From the NCBI GenBank assembly GCA_963707635.1, contig OY970173.1, positions 1,088,001 to 1,152,000 on the forward strand: 64,000 bases of DNA, written 5' to 3'. A program made the translations under genes and the position numbers. How positions within the stretch are numbered: position 1 is the stretch's first letter; the number at the start of each line of letters is the position of its first letter. The DNA comes from Candidatus Latescibacterota bacterium. Lineage in GTDB: Bacteria > Krumholzibacteriota > Krumholzibacteriia > WVZY01 > JAKEHA01. Shown here in pieces: positions 50,524 through 58,820 of the stretch. The notes under the pieces were generated by a model. It made no database searches. It saw only the letters and a list, made by a program, of their open reading frames with translations, and was not told the DNA's origin.

Positions 50524-53386
50524 TCCGGTCAAGATGGTCGTTCGCTGTCGATCGCGTGCGCAATTGATAGCTCCTCTGGTCATTGCACTAGCGGTCGCCC
50601 CGAGTGTTGCGCGAGCTCAATTCAACATAATCTGCGGCGTAGTGTGGACACAAGCGATCCACCAGGAATGGGGCGAACCCTGGTGCACGTTTGCGTGTTT
50701 GGAGTTCGTGGCGAACGAGCTTCTCGGTTACGGTGGTGACCAGTGCGATTTTGTGGTCGAGGCCTGCGCCCGTATCCCAAAGCTAACATGCGATGGGAAC
50801 TGTTGCGGCACCTACTGCCATGGTTACTACTTGACCGGAAATGAGCTCAGCTTATTCATGGACTACGTAGGGTTCCAACGGCATGGTGGTGGCATGGTCT
50901 CATGGCAGTCGGGGCCGACCGCCACACCGTCCCAACTGTACGATGCCATATGTGACGAGAACTATCTGATTTCAGCACACAACGAGATGGGAAGTCCGCT
51001 TGGTCACGCCGTTGTGGTTTGCGTCTTCGATATTGATTCTAACGAGATCACAATAATGGACCCGTATTGGGGCTCTTACCAGCAGGAGATAACGTTCGCG
51101 GAGCTCAAGTCGGGTAGCTACCAAGGCGGGTTTGGTTTACCCATGATAGCGTTTCTCCGTGTAGGCTACTTCGACCCGAAATTCGTTGGCATTGATGACA
51201 TAACCAGGCCTTGGGTGGACGAGCACGTGCCCACCCAGTCGGTAACACTAAAGTACGGAGTATACTGGACCGCCGATCCGGATGATTCAACCTGCTTATA
51301 CATATCCGACAATCCATGGGGTCCCGTGCGCCGAGTCCTGGCGACCAAGCCTCTCAGTCAAGCGTTGCCGTACGGTGAGGAGGCGATTGTATCGATTACG
51401 GATGTCCTGCCATACGTTGAACACGCTTTTGTCCGCTATTTCCTAGATCACGGGCCCGGTGGGTTCGCGGCTCTCCGTTCGCCAGACGACCTCAAGAACT
51501 GCGTCAACAATCCAGTAGAGTTACTTGGGTTCAACGTGGAGCGAGACACGTTGGACGCGCCCGACTTGCTTTCCTTGGTGCCCTCCGGGCCCGATCCGCA
51601 GGTCGGCATTCGGCTAGTTTGGGAACTGTCTGATGATGACGCGATCATTGACTACTACAATGTCTATCGTCAGGAGGACCTCGAGTACAACCCTGGTTGG
51701 ATTTGGCTCGCCTCGGTGCCACGCGGAACGAGTAGTTTCGTCGACGACGTGAACATATTCACGGGTGTGAATTATACATATCGGGTCTCAGCGGCTCACC
51801 ATGGCGGGAATCCCTCCGCTGGAAACGGACGAAAGGGTATCTACAACGACTTCAGTGAGCCTATCACCGGGGTCGCAAAGATGGGGGAAATAGCGAACAA
51901 TGAAACGTGGTCCGGAAACGTGTTCGCGACCGGTGATATCACGGTTCAGAGCGGAAAGACGTTGACGATAGCCGCGGGAACCCATATCTGGATCTGGCCG
52001 GTCGACACAAGCAATGCCGGAGTTGATCACGACCGGGTCGAGATCAAAGTCGATGGGACGCTGGTAGCAAATGGGGCCACTGCAAGTCCGATCGTATTTG
52101 AATCTTGGAACGGGCAACCGCAGACAACGCAAGACTGGTGGGGCATTTTCGTGAACGCGGGTGGTGACGGCGCGTTCGAGCATTGTGCCATTCGGAATAC
52201 CCGGTGGGGTATCGGAGCCAACGCACCGATCTCCGTCGTCGGCTGCACGATCGAGTCAACAGCGTATAGAGGCATCAACATCGCATCGGCAGGCACCGTG
52301 ATCGTAGACAACACGACAATCCGGGGCCCAGAGTACGGAATCAACGCGTTAAATGGAACGAACCTCATCCTTTCGAACTCGACCATCGAGGACTGCTCAT
52401 CGTACGGAGTGGCCCTCTACAAGGGTTCAAAGCTCAACGCGACGGAAACCACCTTTGATGGCAACGACATCGGCTTGTATCTCGCGCGTGAGACGACAGC
52501 GTGGGTTAAGGGGACGGTCCATGATTGCACTTTCACCAACAACACCGACGGCATTTGGATCGACGATGTCGGGGACTCTTCGGTGGTCATCGACGGCTGC
52601 ACGATCGATGACAACACGACGAGCGGAATCTACATCGAGGACAATGGCGACGTATCGATTACCGGTAACACGATCACAGGCAGCGCGGCGGGTGTGTTCA
52701 GCTACAACAGCAACCCCTTGATTCGCTCCAGGAACACGATTCAATACAACACGATCGGGATCAAGTGCGACAACTACTCGGCGGCGGTGGTCGAGTCGTG
52801 CACTGTGACCCAGAACTATCGGGGGGTCTGGGTCGGATGGGAATGCACGACGGACCTGGGGAGCTGGGGCTCCGAGTCGAGTGGCCGCAATATCCTAAAG
52901 CCCAACACGGCGCGCTACGTCATGAACTTTTCGGGCTATCCCGTGAGTGCCCTTTGGAACTACTGGCCCACGAACCCGCCCACTAACTGTATCCCGGAAA
53001 GTGCCAAGTTCTACGGCCCCGTGGACGCGTCCTTCCCGCTCTGCACAGCACCCTCCCTGTCGCCGCTTGCATGGCAATTGCCGGCGCCGGACGGGGATGC
53101 GCCGGAGCGTTTCAGCCTGAGTCAGAATTACCCAAACCCGTTCAACCCAACGACAACAATTGCCTATCAGGTCCCGAGACCGGGAGGCGACGTGGATCTA
53201 GCGCTTTATGACGTGACCGGCAGACTCGTTGGCACGTTGGTTCGTGAACATAAGGTACCAGGGTCCTATGTCGTGACGTGGGATGGTCGCGATCGAAGCG
53301 GTGAGCCGGTGGCAACGGGAGTGTATTTCGTGAAGATGCGGGCGGGGTCGTTCGTGGAGACGAAGAAGATTGTGATGCTGAAGTAG
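50501..53386 (+). CDS. Secreted papain-fold (C39/C70-like) cysteine protease + FN3 + right-handed beta-helix + FlgD-Ig C-terminal domain
   Basis: Signal peptide; Q..(W)C.FAC, GHAVVV, IMDPYWG triad pattern; YNVYR...YTYRVSA; NosD-like G(I/V).I repeats; SQNYPNPFNP...GVYFVKM...KKIVMLK. Start is 50501 or 50534. Confidence 0.8.
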   Translation: MSQSTIASPVKMVVRCRSRAQLIAPLVIALAVAPSVARAQFNIICGVVWTQAIHQEWGEPWCTFACLEFVANELLGYGGDQCDFVVEACARIPKLTCDGNCCGTYCHGYYLTGNELSLFMDYVGFQRHGGGMVSWQSGPTATPSQLYDAICDENYLISAHNEMGSPLGHAVVVCVFDIDSNEITIMDPYWGSYQQEITFAELKSGSYQGGFGLPMIAFLRVGYFDPKFVGIDDITRPWVDEHVPTQSVTLKYGVYWTADPDDSTCLYISDNPWGPVRRVLATKPLSQALPYGEEAIVSITDVLPYVEHAFVRYFLDHGPGGFAALRSPDDLKNCVNNPVELLGFNVERDTLDAPDLLSLVPSGPDPQVGIRLVWELSDDDAIIDYYNVYRQEDLEYNPGWIWLASVPRGTSSFVDDVNIFTGVNYTYRVSAAHHGGNPSAGNGRKGIYNDFSEPITGVAKMGEIANNETWSGNVFATGDITVQSGKTLTIAAGTHIWIWPVDTSNAGVDHDRVEIKVDGTLVANGATASPIVFESWNGQPQTTQDWWGIFVNAGGDGAFEHCAIRNTRWGIGANAPISVVGCTIESTAYRGINIASAGTVIVDNTTIRGPEYGINALNGTNLILSNSTIEDCSSYGVALYKGSKLNATETTFDGNDIGLYLARETTAWVKGTVHDCTFTNNTDGIWIDDVGDSSVVIDGCTIDDNTTSGIYIEDNGDVSITGNTITGSAAGVFSYNSNPLIRSRNTIQYNTIGIKCDNYSAAVVESCTVTQNYRGVWVGWECTTDLGSWGSESSGRNILKPNTARYVMNFSGYPVSALWNYWPTNPPTNCIPESAKFYGPVDASFPLCTAPSLSPLAWQLPAPDGDAPERFSLSQNYPNPFNPTTTIAYQVPRPGGDVDLALYDVTGRLVGTLVREHKVPGSYVVTWDGRDRSGEPVATGVYFVKMRAGSFVETKKIVMLK

Positions 53387-53398
53387 GGCGGTGCGTAG

Positions 53399-53962
53399 AT
53401 GATGGACTCAAGGAGACTTCTAGCACTGGCGTCGGCGTGGGTTGTCCTAACTGGGGCCGCCTCGGCACAGACACCAGGGAAGATCTCGATCATGATCCGT
53501 GGCACTGACGCGTCAGTGCACGCGGGCGAAAAGACGACTCTTGGGCAGTGCTACACGGTTCAGTATGCGCTACCGGACGATCTTACGAGCCAGCAGGTCG
53601 AGCGTGCGGTGTTGGAATTGTATGTCGATGTTCGAGCGAAGACCCGGGAGGACTACATCAACGAGGCTCCGATTCTTGAGGTCTACGCGCCGACGGAAGC
53701 ATTCGCAGGTGGCGTCGACCTGAAGAAGGTCGACATCGCTACGCGAGCTGGTCGACCGATCGCTCTTGGCGCGAAACGTCTTGTGCGCATCGATGTAACA
53801 AGAGTCGTTCGCGCGCATGCAAGCAAGACCTTGGCTAATTATGGGCTCGTGATCGGATCACTATCAGGAATGCGCGAAGGCGACTTCACGATTGTTGCAG
53901 ACATGTTTCCTGACGGGGCGATAGGACGGCTGAACATCTACACGAGTGATCCGGTCAAGTGA
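53399..53962 (+). CDS. Small secreted DNRLRE/CBM96-like jelly-roll protein
   Basis: Signal peptide; RAVLELYV, IDVTRVVRA...NYGLVI. Confidence 0.65.
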   Translation: MMDSRRLLALASAWVVLTGAASAQTPGKISIMIRGTDASVHAGEKTTLGQCYTVQYALPDDLTSQQVERAVLELYVDVRAKTREDYINEAPILEVYAPTEAFAGGVDLKKVDIATRAGRPIALGAKRLVRIDVTRVVRAHASKTLANYGLVIGSLSGMREGDFTIVADMFPDGAIGRLNIYTSDPVK

Positions 53963-53994
53963 CGACGGCGCTCCGGCGCGACGACGTCTCTCTG

Positions 53995-54020
53995 GAAGGG
54001 CCGCCTTCGGGTGGCCCTTC
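53995..54020 (+). terminator. Hairpin terminator of the cargo operon
   Basis: GAAGGGCCGCC-TTCG-GGTGGCCCTTC. Confidence 0.75.
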
Positions 54021-54142
54021 TACGTTGCTGGGCAAGTGCCGCGAAACGTGCATAGGGACCCCCAATGCGGTTGCACGGTTGCGCCTACGTCGGCGGAGCA
54101 CGGACCTAGAGAGGGATCGCGATCCTCAAAGTTCTTGATATG

Positions 54143-54160
54143 GTCCTACCCGGGGAGCCA
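54143..54160 (+). repeat. tRNA 3'-end fragment, right att site
   Basis: GTCCTACCCGGGGAGCCA vs GTCCTGCCTGGGGAGCCA at 46864-46881. Confidence 0.75.
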
Positions 54161-54176
54161 CTTCATTGCGCCGGGC

Positions 54177-54707
54177 TCAGGCGGCGTCCGATAGAAAGGC
54201 ATCCACGGCCGTTTCGACCGCGCTCCTCGACAGGCTGGGATACTTCGCGTATGCGGAATCGGGGATGGCCGCTACCAGGGCTCGGAATCGCGCGGGATCC
54301 ACCATGCCGCTGCGAATGAACTCCCGCGCATCTTCCAGATCGCGCTGGAACCCACGGACGACCTTGGATAGAAGCTGCGCATAGGGATCGTAGTGGTAGA
54401 ACGTGATCGAGCCCACGGTATCGATGAACGCGTGGCGATCCGCGCTGCCTTTCAGCGGCGGCACGAAGTCTTCCGGACGGGCGAACTCGACGTTGATATT
54501 GAGCCGCTCCTTGATCTCCTGAATGCCGCGAAATACGACCTCCTGGTCGGAGAAGAGATCCACATCGATGGATGATCGTCGCCAACCGAGGTAGACGGCG
54601 GTCCCCCCACCCACCAGGTAAACCGCGAACGCACGTCGATGCGGCGCCGCTCGCGCCAGCTCCTTCATGAGCGGCACAAGGCGCTCACGGGTCATCTCTT
54701 GGCGCAT
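54177..54707 (-). CDS. DUF6036/AbiEii-like nucleotidyltransferase, putative toxin
   Basis: YLVGGGTA...RRSSIDVDL, LSKVVRGFQRDLED. Confidence 0.8.
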   Translation of the reverse strand: MRQEMTRERLVPLMKELARAAPHRRAFAVYLVGGGTAVYLGWRRSSIDVDLFSDQEVVFRGIQEIKERLNINVEFARPEDFVPPLKGSADRHAFIDTVGSITFYHYDPYAQLLSKVVRGFQRDLEDAREFIRSGMVDPARFRALVAAIPDSAYAKYPSLSRSAVETAVDAFLSDAA

Positions 54708-54714
54708 GCGATCC

Positions 54715-55152
54715 TCACTCCAGGCGGGCGGCTGAGCACGCATCCGCGAACGACTCGGCCTGCCGCAGATAGGCGAGATAGCGCGCATGCGCCAGGCCGC
54801 CGGCCGTTCGCTCGAGCAGGCGATAGAGTCGCACGTCCGCATCCGCGAACACGTCGCGAGGAACGGGCACGCCCTCGCGCTTGAGGCGCGGAGCGGAGAG
54901 CGACACCAGCAGGCTCTCGATCGACTCTTCGCCGGCCGCGAGGGAGGCCAGCCCTGCGTCGACGATCTCGCCGCCGGGCAGGGCAAGCGCCTTGAAGTCG
55001 GGGGCACCGAAGCGGACCTGAATCCAGCGTCGGATGGCGCCCTGACAGGCCACGCGTTTCCGCGCCCCCGGGCTCATGCGCGCGGCTCGCGCGCGGCCGC
55101 CGCGGCGGCCGTGGGAACGAAACTGCTCTCGAACGGATTCGGGGAGCTTCAT
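54715..55152 (-). CDS. Putative antitoxin / DNA-binding partner
   Basis: Basic GRRGGRARAARMSP.ARK.VA..GA..RW N-terminus; LPGGEIV..GL..L..G domain; 7 nt upstream of the NTase. Confidence 0.7.
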   Translation of the reverse strand: MKLPESVREQFRSHGRRGGRARAARMSPGARKRVACQGAIRRWIQVRFGAPDFKALALPGGEIVDAGLASLAAGEESIESLLVSLSAPRLKREGVPVPRDVFADADVRLYRLLERTAGGLAHARYLAYLRQAESFADACSAARLE

Positions 55153-55158
55153 GATTCG

Positions 55159-55187
55159 AATTTACTAAGGGGGTAAGCATTTGTCAA
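55159..55187 (-). promoter_or_regulatory. Sigma70 promoter, probably giving leaderless mRNA
   Basis: TTGACA-17 nt-TAAATT-6 nt-ATG; no SD sequence. Confidence 0.75.
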
Positions 55188-55239
55188 CCGGCGATACGCC
55201 GCCAGGCCGCGAGGATGCAGGCGTGCTGAAAACGGGGTG

Positions 55240-56854
55240 CTAGCGGCTGGTGCTGAGCAGCGTCGGCGGCGGCGTGTCCTTGCCTTCGGCGAGGCCTTCG
55301 AAGTAGCGCTTCCGCGCCTCGAGGATCCAGTCGTAGAGATACTCTTTACGCCAGAACTTCCCGGCGCGCTCGTAATGTTTGGCCGCCGCGGTGTAGTCGC
55401 CGCGGCTGCCGAGAATCTCACCCGCGCGCACGCACGCGTACAACTGGTAGCGCTCTTCCCACGGGGCCGCCTTCGGGTTGAGCGCCCCCGTGTAGGCGGC
55501 GAGCGCCTGCTCCGTGTCGTTCGACAAGAGCCACGCCTCGCCGAGATAGAACATGTCGGCGACGGTCGGTTCCGTGGTCGCCTCGATCTGCCGGCGCACC
55601 TCGGCGCGCGCGTCCTCGTCCGCGTAGTAGATGGCGGCGACGTCGGCCGGTCCCGCCGCTGGGCCCACGTCGGTGCTGGTCGAGGTAGGTGCGCATGGTC
55701 CGGATTTCGTCGTGCAGGTACTTCACGCCCGCGTTGTCGAGGGCCTGATCCCAGTACTCCCGCGCGGCGCCGGCGTTGCCCCGGGACGCCATCATGCATC
55801 CGAGTTCGTACGCGGCGAAGCCCGGCACCCAGTCCGGGTGCTCGGGGTTCTCGCTCACGATCTGCTCGAAGCGTTCGATCGCGCGCGGCGGATTGAAATA
55901 GCGGTCCGCGCACGCGCGCTCGAAACGAATGAGCGTGTTCGTCATCTGATCGCCTTCGTTCGCGGGCAGCGCGGAGATCCGCGCCATGGCCGCGTCGAGA
56001 CTGTCGCCGACGGCGGAGTAGCGGCGCGGCAGGAAGGGATACATGATCGCGGCGGGGCGCAGGAAGGTCGCGTGGTCCGGGTACCCCCTGCGCAGGTAGG
56101 CGAACCCGTCGAGCCCCTCTTCGAATTGCCCCTCGAATCCGAGGTACACCGAGTAGAGAATGAGCGAATTGTCGGTCTCCATGAAACTGTTCGCGCCCCG
56201 CGCAATCTCCATCATCTGCAGGCCGCGGTCCCGGTCCCCGGACGGGAGGAAGAACAGCTTCGAGACGAACTTGTAGGCGGACGGGAGCGTGTCCGCGAAA
56301 TACAGGAACGCGCCCATTAGCGCTGACGCCACCGCGTCGTTCGGTTCCCTCTGCAGGTACCACTCGAGGTCTTCCTTGCCCTTCTTCGCCTCGCGGCCCG
56401 CGGACCAGAAGCTCTTCTCGTAGGTGTGTACGTGCGACATCATCATCCACGCCCAGCCGCGGTAAAGGCGAAGCGTCGGGTCGGTGTCCTTCGCATCGAG
56501 GCGCGCGTCGCAATACGCGATCACGTGGTCGAGCTCGGCGAACAGCGGCTTGTTCTCGCGCTTGAGGACCTCTTTCTGCTCGTCGTCGACCGGGATCAGC
56601 TCGCGCAGGAGCCGGGCCCGCATCAAGTGGTAGCGGGGTCGGCCCGCGCACTCGGGGGCCAGCGAGTCCGCCCAGGCCAGGGTCTCGCGCACGCGAGCCC
56701 GGAACACGCGGTCCAGCACCATTCGCACTTCGTCGTCGGTGAGGTCGCGAGATGCGGTGAGGGCGGGCCCGTCGCCGGCCGCGGGGCGGCTGGCCCCGAG
56801 CGCCCATCCCGCCACGGCCATCCCGGCAACCAACAGTAAGATATAGCGTTTCAT
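55240..56854 (-). CDS. Secreted TPR-repeat protein; frameshift near 55670
   Basis: Signal peptide MKRYILLLVAG, helical repeats, LPSGDRDRGLQMM; C-terminus continues in ORF 55240..55668. Confidence 0.75.
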
Positions 56855-56987
56855 AAAGTTAAGCCGGCCTGGAGCCGGCTGGAGTGCCGCACAGTATGCA
56901 CGAACCGGACCGCTTTCGCCAGTCCCGGCCGGCGGGGTCCGTGGCATGGGGGTTGCAGCGCGACTGCGGATTCCTTCCACAATTCAT

Positions 56988-58820
56988 ATGCAGACGAAAG
57001 ATACGAAATCCCCCGGGGCGGCGGAACGGCCCGCGGCCACCCGGCAGGACACGGCGGTCGACGCCGTCGTCAAGGCGCTGGTCAAGCTCGTCAACGGGCG
57101 GAAGATCTACGCGGACAACAACCCGCGGCTCGAACAATTCCGCCAGGAGTTCGAAGCCGCGCTGCAGCGGTTTTTCGAGCAGGAAGACGAGCTGGTGCTG
57201 GCGATCGACCAGTTCGCGATGCGCTGGAACGACCGGGTGGTCTACGAGAACGTGCGGCGCGAAGACAGCCTCGCGTTCATCCTGTTCAAGGACGGCATCG
57301 GCGAAATCACCGTGCAGCCGAAAGCCGTCGGCAAGGAGACCACGGCGCTGATCGGCATCCTCGCCGACGAGCTGCACAACGTGACCAGCGACGAAGACGT
57401 CGTCACCCGGTTCTGGAACGCGGACTTCCAGCACATCACCTATCGCGTGCTCGACGACTACCTGGCCAACGAATTCGGCGCCGGCGGCGCCACCGCCGAC
57501 GGCGCGGGGAAGTCGGACGAAACCAGCGACCATGAGGAATTGCTCCCGAGCCTCGCCGACAAGGGGCGCGTGATCATCCAGCATTCGGCGTCGCTGGTGT
57601 CGATCGACACCATGCTGCGCGAAATGGTCTCCCGGCACCACCACGACGCCGACGAGCGCGAGCAGGAGGCCCAGTACCAGCGCACCCTGCGCGCCAGCTT
57701 CACCGTCCCGGCCGAGGAAATTGCGCTGTATTCCGCCGAGATCGAGCGCGAGCGCAACGAGGACGGCGTCATCGCCTTCGTCGATGCGATCTTCGTGTTC
57801 ATGCTTCTGACCGATAACCCGTCCGCCGTGCGCGACGTGGCCTCCATCGTCGAGCGCTTCGTCACCTTCGCCCTGGAGGAGAAGAACCCGGTCACGCTGG
57901 AAGGTCTGGCCCGCTTCATCCGCGAATTCAGCGAACGCGAGGATCTGCCGGAATCGGTGAAGACCTTCTGCGCGGGCATGCGGGCGCAGGTCGCGAGCCC
58001 CGCGCTGGCGTCGGCGTTTCTCGACGAGCTCACCGCCGCGGATGCCTCCGCGGATGTCGCTCTCTCGTACGCGGCCGAAGTGGGAGCCGCCGCGACGGAC
58101 GCGCTGGTGCGCACGCTCCACCGCATCGACGCCGGCCCGTTGCACCGGCGCATCTGCGACACGCTGATCGCGGTTGCGGGCGAGAAGCTGGCCCCGGTGC
58201 TCGACCGCTTCGACGTCGACCACCCCGAGGTCGCGCTCGACGCGGTCTACCTCGCGAAGGCGATCCGGATTCCGTCGCTCTCGCCGCGGCTTCGCCAGCT
58301 CGCGTTCTACCCCGACTCGCGGGTGAAGCTGGAGATGCTGGGCTGGGTGATCGAACGAAACGACCCGGACTCCACCGAGGTCCTGCTCGCGTCGCTGAAC
58401 GATCCCGACAAGCGGGTGCGCCTCAAGGTGCTCGAGGCGCTGCTCGAACGCCCGCAGGCGCGGGTGCGGGAGGTGCTCGCCGGGATCGCCTTCGGCAGGG
58501 AGCTGGCCGAGCGGTCGGCCGACGAGCAGGACGCCATCTTTCGCACCCTGGGCCGCGTCGGTGACGCGGGCACCGTGACGCAACTGCGCGCGATGGTGGA
58601 ACGGCGCAAGATCGGGTTGAACAAGGGCAACGAACCCAAGCTGCTCGCGCTGCGCGCGCTGGAGAATATCCGTGACAGCTCCGCGCTGGAGCTGGTCGCG
58701 CGCCTCGCGGAAGACCCGAACGAAGCGGTCCGGCTGCGGGCGCTGCGCGCGAAGGACGCGATGGCCGCGGCCCTGGCGGCGCCGTCGGGTGCCGCCGCGA
58801 AAGGGGAGAAGCGACCATGA
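56988..58820 (+). CDS. HEAT-repeat protein
   Basis: KIYADNNP, ILFKDGI.EI N-terminal domain; C-terminal D.D.RVR / DPNEAVR repeats. Confidence 0.85.
   Translation: MQTKDTKSPGAAERPAATRQDTAVDAVVKALVKLVNGRKIYADNNPRLEQFRQEFEAALQRFFEQEDELVLAIDQFAMRWNDRVVYENVRREDSLAFILFKDGIGEITVQPKAVGKETTALIGILADELHNVTSDEDVVTRFWNADFQHITYRVLDDYLANEFGAGGATADGAGKSDETSDHEELLPSLADKGRVIIQHSASLVSIDTMLREMVSRHHHDADEREQEAQYQRTLRASFTVPAEEIALYSAEIERERNEDGVIAFVDAIFVFMLLTDNPSAVRDVASIVERFVTFALEEKNPVTLEGLARFIREFSEREDLPESVKTFCAGMRAQVASPALASAFLDELTAADASADVALSYAAEVGAAATDALVRTLHRIDAGPLHRRICDTLIAVAGEKLAPVLDRFDVDHPEVALDAVYLAKAIRIPSLSPRLRQLAFYPDSRVKLEMLGWVIERNDPDSTEVLLASLNDPDKRVRLKVLEALLERPQARVREVLAGIAFGRELAERSADEQDAIFRTLGRVGDAGTVTQLRAMVERRKIGLNKGNEPKLLALRALENIRDSSALELVARLAEDPNEAVRLRALRAKDAMAAALAAPSGAAAKGEKRP

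Larger units (their letters stand above)
46858..54160. mobile_element. Decayed integrative element / satellite-like genomic island
   Basis: 18-bp direct repeats (16/18 identical) at 46864 and 54143, recombinase remnant, helicase-like gene, visibly lower GC and different codon usage. Confidence 0.8.

Noticed and set aside
55655..55685. Split TPR gene as two real genes
   Set aside because: The domain runs continuously across a single frame change at a short C run; likely a homopolymer error.
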